A program made the position numbers and the translations under genes. The notes beneath the pieces were generated by a model. That model made no database searches, had not been told where the DNA came from, and saw only the letters and a list, made by a program, of their open reading frames with translations. Of a stretch of 64,000 nucleotides of DNA, positions 53,501 through 61,088 are shown in pieces. Each line of letters starts with the position of its first letter. The stretch's first letter is position 1. This DNA comes from Pyrinomonadaceae bacterium (lineage in GTDB: Bacteria > Acidobacteriota > Blastocatellia > Pyrinomonadales > Pyrinomonadaceae), in NCBI GenBank assembly GCA_963720235.1, contig OY970389.1:5362970-5426969 (forward strand), written 5' to 3'.

Positions 53501-54734
53501 TTCGACCAATACACAGCTTGCGCTCTGCATTGATAGTCGCAACTTTCTCATGATGTCTATCGAGAGCGGCCTGCTGCGCTTTGAGCAGGTCGTGAGCGGT
53601 GCAAGGTCAACAACAAGCATTCAGTACAACGCCGCGCAGCACAGGTTCTGGCGCATACGGCACGAGCCTGCTGGCGATGTCATGGTTTTTGAGACAAGCG
53701 CGGATGGCCTTGCATGGACTGCACAAAGGACTGTTGCGCGACAGCTTGCCATCACCGCGCTCAAAGCGGAGATTAGCGCGGGTACATGGGAAGCAGTCAC
53801 TGCTCCAGGCACGACCATCTTCGACAACTTCCGCCTCGAAGCAAACGGCGGCCCGCCCGTCAACAATCCGCCGAGCGTCAACATCACAAGTCCTGCCAAC
53901 GGCGCAAGCTTTACTTCGCCAGCCAACGTGACTATCAATGCGGATGCCGGTGATACTGATGGCACAATCGCTCGTGTAGAATTTTATCAAGGAACAACTC
54001 TGCTCGGCACAGACACAAGTGCTCCGTATAGCTTTGTGTGGAACAATGTCGCGGCAGGCAGTTATGCTCTGACAGCCAGAGCGTTTGATAATGCGGGCGC
54101 GAGTTCCACCTCTGCGACTGTCAATATCACTGTCACGGGCGGCCCGACTTTGCCTGCTCCCTGGGCCAAGACGGACATCGGCAGCGTCGGCCTTGTGGGC
54201 GATGCGAGTTTTGCAAGCGGCGTTTTTACGCTGCGCGGCTCAGGCGCGGACATCTGGGACAACGTGGACGCTTTCCATTATGTCTATCAACCTCTGAACG
54301 GCAACGGGCAGATTGTAGCGCGCGTGACGGGCGTGCAATTTACTAATGACTGGGCCAAAGCGGGCGTGATGATACGCGAGACTTTGACGCCCGGCTCGCG
54401 TCATGCCTCTATGTTCCTGACGCCGGGCAACGGTCTTGCTTTCCAGAGACGAACCGGCACGGGCGGCCTCAGCGACCACACGACTGGCGGCAACGGCAGC
54501 GCGCCATACTGGGTCAGGCTCGTGCGGAGCGGGAATCTCTTTACAGCCTACAGGTCAACAGACGGCACAAACTGGGTACAGGTCGGCTCGTCAATTTCAA
54601 TCAGCATGTCTGCCAACGTCTATATAGGCCTGGCCGTGACGAGCCATAACAACTCTGCTTCATGTACTTCTACTTTTGACAACGTGAGCGTCACGACGAG
54701 CTTCAGCTTATGGCCCGACGAGCCGCGTAGATAA
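50517..54734 (+). CDS. 1405-aa secreted PQQ-dependent sugar (glucose/sorbosone) dehydrogenase-like propeller fused to PKD, Ig-like and ConA/lectin-like modules
   Basis: N-domain motifs GLLGLALDPNF..NGYVYLLYT, GKILRINKDG, YGLRNPYRFS, NFGWPCYEG. PKD motif (WDFGDG...HTY). Duplicated Ig-like modules (NPPSV.ITSPANGASFTSPAN). Duplicated GSGADIW..VD.F..VYQPLNG.G.I.AR modules. Confidence 0.75.
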   Translation: MPSNTCPRSSFRLHTQTADTSHAVLAQSAVWATMLTLALGFLILSARQTSAQTFTDSGFVAETVTTLPVFKPVGLTFAPDGRIFIWQENGIVRIFKNGVLLPTPFINLGNRVNTVNDRGLLGLALDPNFATNGYVYLLYTYEDAGNPLSGAPKTSRLTRVQADPANPDVALSNSETVILGTIGTGPCSNYPAGADCIPADSDSHTIGTLRFAPDGKLFVGNGDGSSYSATDVRALRAQDLNSYSGKILRINKDGTAPGDNPFDDGTNSIRSKVYSYGLRNPYRFSLHPVSGEVYIGDVGWNDWEEVNRGRGANFGWPCYEGHGWQIDYYEQFAPCRLLTTGEVTPPLYTYDHGEGNSIIGGAFYNATHYPVQYRGNYFFADYGGKFIRRMTLDASGNMLGVQTFATNVTDPVSLELGPDGALYYISLSTGQVRRIKFSGPVAKASATPLSGYSPLNVSFSSAGSLDPTGGAITYLWDFGDGATSTLPNPSHTYTSSSVRNFNATLTVTDSQTRTAIDRVNITIGSLPPTANIVSPANGTSVRAGDVVSYQGSGTDPDQMLPASALQWTVLLHHNNHVHPYSTASGPTGSFTVEEHGQGNYSYEIVLTVTDSSGLTNSQSITLPVIPNTLPAPWVSSDIGSTGAIGSATYANGTFNIKGSGADIWEQVDEFRFVYQPLNGDGEIIARIAGLDNTHPNAKAGVMIREALTADARHAILNVTPSAGLEFMRRRNTGAITEYTSGGNEIAPKWLRLVRAGNIFTAYKSNDGTNWTLIGTDTINMTTQVYIGMVVTSHNNTVLCSATFDNVSVRIAGGNNPPSVSITSPANGASFTSPANITINADAGDTDGTIARVEFYQGTTLLGTDTSAPYSFAWNNVAAGSYALTARATDDDGATSISTIVNITVGSVGATALTDDFNDNSQDTSKWTFGTIQGAIYSGPTAWDSTVPVLERNQRLEILPRAGISRDHYNGYVSVAAWNLTNSRASVEVVQVADGGSTNTQLALCIDSRNFLMMSIESGLLRFEQVVSGARSTTSIQYNAAQHRFWRIRHEPAGDVMVFETSADGLAWTAQRTVARQLAITALKAEISAGTWEAVTAPGTTIFDNFRLEANGGPPVNNPPSVNITSPANGASFTSPANVTINADAGDTDGTIARVEFYQGTTLLGTDTSAPYSFVWNNVAAGSYALTARAFDNAGASSTSATVNITVTGGPTLPAPWAKTDIGSVGLVGDASFASGVFTLRGSGADIWDNVDAFHYVYQPLNGNGQIVARVTGVQFTNDWAKAGVMIRETLTPGSRHASMFLTPGNGLAFQRRTGTGGLSDHTTGGNGSAPYWVRLVRSGNLFTAYRSTDGTNWVQVGSSISISMSANVYIGLAVTSHNNSASCTSTFDNVSVTTSFSLWPDEPRR

Positions 54735-54758
54735 CTACATCAGCATCATTGAATCGCC

Positions 54759-54890
54759 ATGAATGCTGCCGCGAGAGAGCTTTTATTCGTCCTCATTCTG
54801 ATGGGCTTCCTGCTCATCATAGGCATCATTGCCGTCTTCATCTTCATACGGCAATGGCGCAGAGAGCATCGCGGGAAAGATAAAAAATAG
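54759..54890 (+). CDS. possible 43-aa single-TM peptide (below the ORF-track cutoff)
   Basis: Translates MNAAARELLFVLILMGFLLIIGIIAVFIFIRQWRREHRGKDKK. Hydrophobic helix followed by a basic tail. No clear SD. Confidence 0.3.
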   Translation: MNAAARELLFVLILMGFLLIIGIIAVFIFIRQWRREHRGKDKK

Positions 54891-55014
54891 CTCATCTCAA
54901 AGCCTCAAGCCCTGCCCGTCTGCGTTTCAGGACAAAGAAACTTTCCATTTTAGCCTGCAAAACTTGAGATTCGCGGACTGTATGCCGCGAGGAGGCAAGA
55001 GACCTTGCCTCGAC

Positions 55015-55043
55015 TTGCAAATGAACGTGAAGTTCGCTAAAGT
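55015..55043 (+). promoter_or_regulatory. candidate promoter for the tRNA-tuf transcription unit
   Basis: TTGCAA, 17-nt spacer, TAAAGT, about 80 nt upstream of tRNA-Tyr. Pattern match only. Confidence 0.25.
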
Positions 55044-55121
55044 GGCCGTTTTGTAGCTGGTAGGAATTGTTGCCAGTAAGGGGCGGAAGAGACTCGTCGG
55101 CTCCATGTTTTGACAAGATAG

Positions 55122-55209
55122 GCAGGGGTGGTCGAGTGGTTAATGGCACCGGGCTGTAAACCCGGCAGGCTAACGCCTTACGTAGGTTCGAATCCTACCC
55201 CCTGCACCA
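55122..55209 (+). tRNA. tRNA-Tyr (GTA), long variable arm, CCA encoded
   Basis: Manual cloverleaf: acceptor GCAGGGG/CCCCTGC, anticodon arm CCGGG-CTGTAAA-CCCGG, T arm GTAGG-TTCGAAT-CCTAC, discriminator A plus CCA. Confidence 0.9.
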
Positions 55210-55210
55210 G

Positions 55211-55295
55211 AAAAGCAAGGATGAAGGATGAAGGCGGAAGGCGGAAAGAAAGCCTTTGCTTCATCCTTCCGCCTTCATCCTTCATCCTTGCTTTT
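55211..55295. repeat. family-D heptamer-armed hairpin (D1) between tRNA-Tyr and tRNA-Gly
   Basis: 5' arm AAAAGC(AAGGATG)x2(AAGGCGG)x2 pairs over about 30 bp with the 3' arm ...CCTTCCGCCTTCATCCTTCATCCTTGCTTTT. It ends 2 nt before tRNA-Gly. Confidence 0.8.
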
Positions 55296-55297
55296 GA

Positions 55298-55373
55298 GCG
55301 GGAGTAGCTCAGTTGGTAGAGCGTCAGCCTTCCAAGCTGAATGTCGCGAGTTCGAGCCTCGTCTCCCGCTCCA
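55298..55373 (+). tRNA. tRNA-Gly (TCC), CCA encoded
   Basis: Cloverleaf: GCGGGAG/CTCCCGC acceptor, anticodon arm TCAGC-CTTCCAA-GCTGA, T arm GCGAG-TTCGAGC-CTCGT. Confidence 0.9.
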
Positions 55374-55415
55374 AAAACTTCCGGCGGGAAGTTATCGGGT
55401 CTCTCGGAAGCCAGT

Positions 55416-55490
55416 GCCCGAGTAGCTCAGGGGTAGAGCACTTCCTTGGTAAGGAAGGGGTCACGAGTTCAAATCTCGTCTCGGGCTCCA
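55416..55490 (+). tRNA. tRNA-Thr (GGT), CCA encoded
   Basis: Cloverleaf: GCCCGAG/CTCGGGC acceptor, anticodon arm CTTCC-TTGGTAA-GGAAG, T arm ACGAG-TTCAAAT-CTCGT. Classic position upstream of tuf. Confidence 0.9.
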
Positions 55491-55530
55491 TCTCAGGTTT
55501 TTAACATTTAATTTAAAGAGGCGTTTCGGA

Positions 55531-56718
55531 ATGTCGAAAGAGAAATTTGACCGCAGCAAGCCGCATGTGAACATCGGCACCATCGGGCATGTGGATCATG
55601 GCAAGACCACTTTAACGGCTGCCATCACCAAAGTCTTAGCCAAACATAACCCGAAGATTACAGTCCGGGCCTTTGATTCCATCGATAACGCGCCCGAAGA
55701 AAAGGCACGTGGCATCACCATCGCTACCGCCCACGTCGAGTACGAGACGGCCAATCGCCACTACGCACACGTGGACTGTCCGGGCCACGCCGATTATGTC
55801 AAGAACATGATCACCGGCGCGGCGCAGATGGACGGAGCTATCCTGGTCGTCGCGGCCACCGATGGCCCGATGCCCCAGACCCGCGAACATATCCTGCTTG
55901 CCAGACAAGTCGGCGTGCCGGCGATGGTGGTGTTTATGAACAAGGCGGATGCGGTGGATGATGCCGAACTCCTGGAACTGGTGGAACTGGAAGTCAGAGA
56001 GCTGCTCTCGGCCTATGAGTTTCCGGGAGATGACATTCCTGTCATCAAAGGCTCAGCCCTCAAAGCCCTGGAAGGCGACCCCGAATGGGAGAAGACGGTC
56101 GATGAACTGATGGCCGCGGTTGATTCTTACATTCCGACACCGGAAAGAGACATTGAGAAGCCATTTCTGATGCCGGTCGAAGACATCTTCACGATTCAGG
56201 GGAGAGGGACAGTGGCGACCGGCAGGGTGGAGCGAGGCCGGGTGAAGGTCAACGAGCAGGTGGAGATAGTGGGTATCCGCCCGACAAGACAAACAGTGTG
56301 CACGGGAGTGGAGATGTTCAAGAAGCTGCTGGATGAGGGAGTGGCCGGAGATAACGTGGGGCTGCTCTTACGCGGAGTCGAGCGCAAGGATATTGAGAGA
56401 GGGCAGGTCATCAGTAAGCCGGGTTCGATTACACCGCACACGAAGTTCAAGGCCGAGGCGTATGTCTTGACGAAGGAAGAGGGCGGGCGACATACGCCAT
56501 TTTTCACTGGGTATCGTCCGCAGTTCTACTTCCGCACCACGGATGTGACAGGAGTGGCGCACTTGCCGGAGGGAGTGGAGATGGTGATGCCAGGAGATAA
56601 CATCGCGATGGAGATTGAATTGATCGCACCGATCGCGATGGAGAAGGGCTTGCGGTTCGCTATCAGAGAAGGCGGAAGGACAGTGGGAGCAGGCACGGTC
56701 TCCGAAGTCGTCGAATAG
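55531..56718 (+). CDS. tuf: elongation factor Tu
   Basis: Full-length and unmistakable ([30 protein letters not shown]). Confidence 0.98.
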   Translation: MSKEKFDRSKPHVNIGTIGHVDHGKTTLTAAITKVLAKHNPKITVRAFDSIDNAPEEKARGITIATAHVEYETANRHYAHVDCPGHADYVKNMITGAAQMDGAILVVAATDGPMPQTREHILLARQVGVPAMVVFMNKADAVDDAELLELVELEVRELLSAYEFPGDDIPVIKGSALKALEGDPEWEKTVDELMAAVDSYIPTPERDIEKPFLMPVEDIFTIQGRGTVATGRVERGRVKVNEQVEIVGIRPTRQTVCTGVEMFKKLLDEGVAGDNVGLLLRGVERKDIERGQVISKPGSITPHTKFKAEAYVLTKEEGGRHTPFFTGYRPQFYFRTTDVTGVAHLPEGVEMVMPGDNIAMEIELIAPIAMEKGLRFAIREGGRTVGAGTVSEVVE

Positions 56719-56758
56719 TGCTTTGATTCTTGAAACGGAAATTAGTAGAGGTTAAGTT

Positions 56759-56911
56759 ATGCCGCGCGATAACATAGTGCTGCAATGCACGGAATGTAAG
56801 AGTCGTAATTATACGACCACAAAGAATAAGAAGACGACGCCGGAGCGACTTGAGTTTCGGAAGTTTTGCCGACGCTGCCGCCAGCATACCGGACACAAAG
56901 AGACCAAGTAG
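56759..56911 (+). CDS. rpmG: 50S ribosomal protein L33 (50 aa; below the ORF-track cutoff)
   Basis: Translates [50 protein letters not shown]. CxxC...CxxC zinc-ribbon form of L33, in the canonical tuf-rpmG-secE position. Confidence 0.9.
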   Translation: MPRDNIVLQCTECKSRNYTTTKNKKTTPERLEFRKFCRRCRQHTGHKETK

Positions 56912-56990
56912 GAAGGATAAAGGGTGAAGGATGAAAAGGAAGCTGTGAGAAATGCTTCTCTTTCATCCTTCAGCCTTCATCCTTGCTTTT
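56912..56990. repeat. family-D heptamer-armed hairpin (D2) between rpmG and tRNA-Trp
   Basis: GGTGAAGGATGAAAAG pairs with CTTTCATCCTTCAGCC. The 3' end ...GCCTTCATCCTTGCTTTT abuts tRNA-Trp and matches the 3' end of D1. Confidence 0.7.
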
Positions 56991-57063
56991 AGGGGCATAG
57001 TGTCAACGGTTAGCACGTCGGTCTCCAAAACCGAAAGTACGAGTTCAAATCTTGTTGCCCCTG
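56991..57063 (+). tRNA. tRNA-Trp (CCA anticodon), 3' CCA not encoded
   Basis: Cloverleaf: AGGGGCA/TGCCCCT acceptor, anticodon arm TCGGT-CTCCAAA-ACCGA, T arm ACGAG-TTCAAAT-CTTGT, discriminator G followed by AAT. Confidence 0.9.
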
Positions 57064-57130
57064 AATCAGATTTTGTGGTTGATTGATAATCAGAAAGAAA
57101 GTTTGAGTGTCGAGGAAAGCCGACGACATC

Positions 57131-57520
57131 ATGGCTAATAAAGAAGATTCAGATGATCTGCCGTTGCCGGAGCCGCCGCCTGAGCGCGTGAGTTCTACGG
57201 ATGTTCCGGTTGGTGCGCCGGCCCCGCGTGCGGCGCGTTTTGGCGAAGGGCCGGAAGGCGAAGGCGTGCGGCGCGAGCGCGGCGTGACCGGAGCGCGCGC
57301 AGGTTTCTTTGCACGCACCTCGCAGTTTCTGCATGACGTGCGCGCGGAATTGAAGCGCGTCTCGTGGCCGTCGGCCAGTGATGTCAAGAACACGACCATC
57401 ATTGTCGTCATCGCGGTCATCTTTTTCGCGGTCTATCTGTTTGCGGTTGATCGCGGGATTACGTTCGTGATTACGCAACTGGACAGTTTCTTGCAGTGGC
57501 TGGTTGGCAAGCTCGCGTAA
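57131..57520 (+). CDS. secE: preprotein translocase subunit SecE with a ~70-aa disordered N-terminal extension
   Basis: The C-terminal 60 aa ([23 protein letters not shown]...[20 protein letters not shown]) is a typical single-TM SecE. The N-terminus is acidic and Pro/Gly/Arg-rich. ATG 57131 is preferred over the GTG at 57107. Confidence 0.8.
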   Translation: MANKEDSDDLPLPEPPPERVSSTDVPVGAPAPRAARFGEGPEGEGVRRERGVTGARAGFFARTSQFLHDVRAELKRVSWPSASDVKNTTIIVVIAVIFFAVYLFAVDRGITFVITQLDSFLQWLVGKLA

Positions 57521-57552
57521 AGTCGCCTCTTATCAAAGGCAGGGAAGTTTTA

Positions 57553-58113
57553 ATGAAGCAGTGGTTTATCCTACACACTTATTCGGGACACGAAAAGAAG
57601 GTTCGTGACAGCCTGAAGGCGCGCATCCGCGATACAGATTTACAGGCGGAGATAACGGAAGTGCTCGTCCCGACAGAGACAGTGGTGGAGATGCGCGGCA
57701 ACAAGCGCATCGAATCGTCGCGCATGTTTTATCCGGGCTATGTGCTGGTCGAAATCGAATGTGACGAGCGCGGCCATATCCCGGACAATGTGTTTCACAC
57801 AATCAAGTCAACTCCGAAAGTGACGGGCTTTGTCGGCGGGCATAACCCTACGCCATTGACGCCGCAGGAAGTTGACCAGATTGTTCATAACGTCACGGAA
57901 GCGGCTGAGAAGCCGAAGCCGAAGTTCTCTTATCAGCAGGGCGAAACCGTACGCATCAAGTCCGGCCCGTTCGCCAGCTTTACAGGCAAGGTCGAAGAGG
58001 TCAACGACGACAAGTCAACCTTGAAGGTGACGGTGACAATCTTCGGTCGCTCGACGCCTGTGGAACTGAGCTTCCTTGACGTTGAAAAGGTAACATTTGC
58101 AGAAGAGGAATAA
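57553..58113 (+). CDS. nusG: transcription termination/antitermination factor NusG
   Basis: Translates [17 protein letters not shown]...FPGYVLVE...KVTGFVG. C-terminal KOW motif ([21 protein letters not shown]). ATG 57553 is preferred over the upstream track start. Confidence 0.95.
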   Translation: MKQWFILHTYSGHEKKVRDSLKARIRDTDLQAEITEVLVPTETVVEMRGNKRIESSRMFYPGYVLVEIECDERGHIPDNVFHTIKSTPKVTGFVGGHNPTPLTPQEVDQIVHNVTEAAEKPKPKFSYQQGETVRIKSGPFASFTGKVEEVNDDKSTLKVTVTIFGRSTPVELSFLDVEKVTFAEEE

Positions 58114-58185
58114 AAGTTTTCAGTTTTCAGTTTTCAGCAAAAACGCTGGCTTCTGAAAACTAAAAACTGAAAACTGAAAACTGAA
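58114..58185. repeat. family-D heptamer-armed hairpin (D3), nusG-rplK spacer
   Basis: 5' arm (TTTTCAG)x3 pairs with a 3' arm of four related heptamers (CTGAAAA/CTAAAAA). It occupies essentially the whole 74-nt spacer. Confidence 0.85.
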
Positions 58186-58187
58186 TT

Positions 58188-58613
<426 letters not shown>

Positions 58614-58745
58614 TTTTTGATTTTAGATTTGCGATTTCTGATTTGAAATCAACTCGCAAGTCTGAGATCGCTTGAGAGGGAGAGAATCAGAAGAAGCGCG
58701 AAGCTTGATTTGTCAATCGCAAATCAAAAATCGCAAATCTAAAAT
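58614..58745. repeat. family-D heptamer-armed hairpin (D4), rplK-rplA spacer
   Basis: 5' arm (GATTTNN)x4 (GATTTTA GATTTGC GATTTCT GATTTGA) pairs with the 3' arm (AAATCNN)x4. The loop is about 55 nt. Confidence 0.8.
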
Positions 58746-58774
58746 TCTCGCAAGCACCTCAGAGGTAATTTTGA

Positions 58775-59470
58775 ATGAGAAGACACGGGAAGAAATTCCG
58801 TGCGGCTCTGGAAAAGATAGAGACCGGACGGAAGTACACGCTGGATGAAGGCATTGAGAAAGTTAAAGAGATAGCCTTCGCCAAGTTTGACGAAACGGTT
58901 GAATTGACAATGTGGCTCGGCGTTGACCCGCGCAAGGCTGACCAGCTTGTGCGCGGCACAGTCGTTTTGCCGCACGGCTTGGGACGTTCAAAGACTGTGC
59001 TCGTCATAGCGGGCGGCGACAAGCAACGCGAGGCCACAGAGGCCGGGGCTGATTTCGTCGGCGGCGAAGAGATGGTCGAGCGTATCAAGGGCGGATGGCT
59101 CGATTTCGATGCTGTCATTGCTACGCCGGACATGATGCGTCTGGTCGGCACGCTCGGAAAAATTTTAGGCCCGCGCGGATTGATGCCCAATCCGAAGACA
59201 GGCACTGTGACGCCGGATGTGACGACGGCTGTGCGCGAGACAAAAGCAGGCAAGGTCGAGTATCGCGTGGACAAAACGGGCGTCATACACGTTCCCGTCG
59301 GCAAAGTCTCTTTTGAGCCGGACAAGATTCGAGAGAACGCGCGAATGTTGATTGACGCAGTGGTCAAGGCCAAGCCGACGACTGCCAAAGGCAAGTATGT
59401 CAAGAAGGTCAATCTGGCCGCGACAATGAGTCCGGGCGTCCTCTTGGACGAAACGGCCTACGTGAAATAA
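58775..59470 (+). CDS. rplA: 50S ribosomal protein L1
   Basis: Canonical L1 (...[23 protein letters not shown]...[15 protein letters not shown]...). Confidence 0.97.
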   Translation: MRRHGKKFRAALEKIETGRKYTLDEGIEKVKEIAFAKFDETVELTMWLGVDPRKADQLVRGTVVLPHGLGRSKTVLVIAGGDKQREATEAGADFVGGEEMVERIKGGWLDFDAVIATPDMMRLVGTLGKILGPRGLMPNPKTGTVTPDVTTAVRETKAGKVEYRVDKTGVIHVPVGKVSFEPDKIRENARMLIDAVVKAKPTTAKGKYVKKVNLAATMSPGVLLDETAYVK

Positions 59471-59494
59471 GAGAGTGAGGAGCGAACAAAAGTA

Positions 59495-60034
59495 ATGAAA
59501 ACCAGAGCACAAAAGCAGGAAGATTTAAACGCCCTCACAGAGCAGTTTCAGCGCGCGGCGGCAGCCATGCTCGTCGGCTTCCAGAAGATGACGGTCGCCA
59601 AAGACCAGGAACTGCGTAACCAACTGCGTGAGGCCGGTGTGACCTATTCGGTAGTCAAAAATACTCTGGCTCGCAAGGCCGCCGAAGGGACTCCGTTCGA
59701 GCAGGCGACAGAGCATTTCAAGGGCGTGACCGCCATCGCTTTAACGGAAGAAGGCGACCCGGTCAATCTGTCCAAGGCGATTTCAAAATTCGCCAAGGCC
59801 AACCCGGACACGTTTACTTTCAAGGTCGGAATTGTCGAAGGCAAAGTCGTGAGGCTCAATGATGTCGAAGCCATCGCCAGCCTGCCTCCGAAAGAAGAGC
59901 TTATCTCGAAGATCATGTTCCTGATTAATTGCCAGGCGCAGCGTCTTGTGACGGTCATCTCAGCCGTCCCGCGCAACCTCGCAATCGTCGTCAAACAGAT
60001 CGGCGAGCAGAAGGGCGGCGAAGAAGCCGCTTAA
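59495..60034 (+). CDS. rplJ: 50S ribosomal protein L10
   Basis: Position and sequence (...YSVVKNTLARKA...) are typical of L10. Confidence 0.95.
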   Translation: MKTRAQKQEDLNALTEQFQRAAAAMLVGFQKMTVAKDQELRNQLREAGVTYSVVKNTLARKAAEGTPFEQATEHFKGVTAIALTEEGDPVNLSKAISKFAKANPDTFTFKVGIVEGKVVRLNDVEAIASLPPKEELISKIMFLINCQAQRLVTVISAVPRNLAIVVKQIGEQKGGEEAA

Positions 60035-60037
60035 GGA

Positions 60038-60131
60038 ATTTGCGATTTTAGATTTTTGATTTGCGATTGGAAACGGATTTGAAAATTTTTATCCTTATCC
60101 AATCAAAAATCAAAAATCTAAAATCTAAAAT
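60038..60131. repeat. family-D heptamer-armed hairpin (D5), downstream of rplJ
   Basis: GCGATTTTAGATTTTTGATTTGCGATTGG pairs with CCAATCAAAAATCAAAAATCTAAAATC. Same GATTT-type heptamers as D4. Confidence 0.8.
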
Positions 60132-60309
60132 ACAGTAGGGCCGGACGCGGAAAACGAGCGGGGCGATTTGTCAGGTCGCCATCGTCGGCTCGGATGCCTT
60201 TTCAGATTTGCGATGCAGCAAAGCGGAAAAAGCGTCCCGTGGGTTCTCCTGCTGCGAACATAAAACTACAGCACATCAGAACCCTTTAGAGGAGGATTGG
60301 AAAGTTATC

Positions 60310-60699
60310 ATGGCAGCTACACGTGAAGATGTAATCGAATATTTGAAGGGCATGACCCTTCTTGAAGCCTCGCAGCTTGTCAAAGAGCTTGAGGAAACTT
60401 TTGGCGTTTCGGCGGCGGCAGCGGCAGTTGCGGCAGCACCTATGGCTGGCGGCGGTGGCGGCGAAGCTGCTGCTCCGGCGGAAGAGAAGACGGAATTTGA
60501 TGTTGTCCTGCAAGCCGCAGGCGGCAACAAGATTAACGTCATCAAGGTCGTACGCGAAGTCACTGCGCTTGGCTTGAAAGAAGCCAAAGACCTCGTCGAA
60601 GCCGCGCCGAAGGCAGTCAAAGAGGGCGTCTCCAAAGAAGAGGCCGAGACGATTCGCCAGAAGCTTGCGGACGCAGGCGCGACCGTCGAAGTTAAATAA
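60310..60699 (+). CDS. rplL: 50S ribosomal protein L7/L12
   Basis: Translates [33 protein letters not shown], then an Ala/Gly hinge, then ...[25 protein letters not shown]...ATVEVK. GGAGGA SD before ATG 60310. The upstream part of the track ORF is not L12. Confidence 0.95.
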   Translation: MAATREDVIEYLKGMTLLEASQLVKELEETFGVSAAAAAVAAAPMAGGGGGEAAAPAEEKTEFDVVLQAAGGNKINVIKVVREVTALGLKEAKDLVEAAPKAVKEGVSKEEAETIRQKLADAGATVEVK

Positions 60700-60700
60700 G

Positions 60701-60782
60701 TCTAGAGTCGTGAGTCGTGAGTCTGGAGTCAAAAACATAAAAGCTTTTGACTTCAGACTCTCGACTTCAGACTCCAGACTTC
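60701..60782. repeat. family-D heptamer-armed hairpin (D6), downstream of rplL
   Basis: 5' arm GAGTCGT GAGTCGT GAGTCTG GAGTCAA and 3' arm GACTTCA GACTCTC GACTTCA GACTCCA, with imperfect pairing around an AAAAACATAAAAGCTTTT loop. Confidence 0.7.
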
Positions 60783-60946
60783 CTTTGTCACTTGACAGTT
60801 TTGCTGTTAGCAACTAAGGTGAGGGAGTAGTGAGGCGCTGGCGTTACTCCCAGAAAATTTGAGCAACTATTTTTAACCGCTTTCTTTGAAGCGGTCAGGG
60901 CAATGTGCGCTCTGGCCGCGTTTTGGCGTCTCTAAAGTAATTCGTG

Positions 60947-61068
60947 CTTGGGTCTTTGGCCTCAAGGGTCTTGTTCATCTGGTGTGTCATGCGATTGGAA
61001 ACTTTTGAATTACATCTCACTCGAACGCAACACCAGATAAGAAAACCTTTTGAGGTCAAAGACCCAAG
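60947..61068 (+). promoter_or_regulatory. structured RNA element in the rplL-rpoB leader (processing or attenuation candidate)
   Basis: 19-bp outer stem CTTGGGTCTTTGGCCTCAA (60947-60965) / TTGAGGTCAAAGACCCAAG (61050-61068, one G-U pair). It encloses a 9-bp stem ATCTGGTGT (60977-60985) / ACACCAGAT (61030-61038). Lies 20 nt before the rpoB ATG. Confidence 0.45.
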
Positions 61069-61088
61069 ACCATTTTTGAAGGAAAAAT

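Noticed and set aside
55122-57063. The tRNA cluster as an integration hotspot or genomic-island boundary
   Set aside because: There is no integrase, no direct repeat of a tRNA 3' end, and the arrangement tRNA-Tyr/Gly/Thr-tuf-rpmG-tRNA-Trp-secE is the widely conserved ancestral order.
59471-59494. Canonical L10 leader upstream of rplJ
   Set aside because: The rplA-rplJ gap is only 24 nt, too short to hold the structured leader. See the finding on the rplJ-rplL spacer instead.
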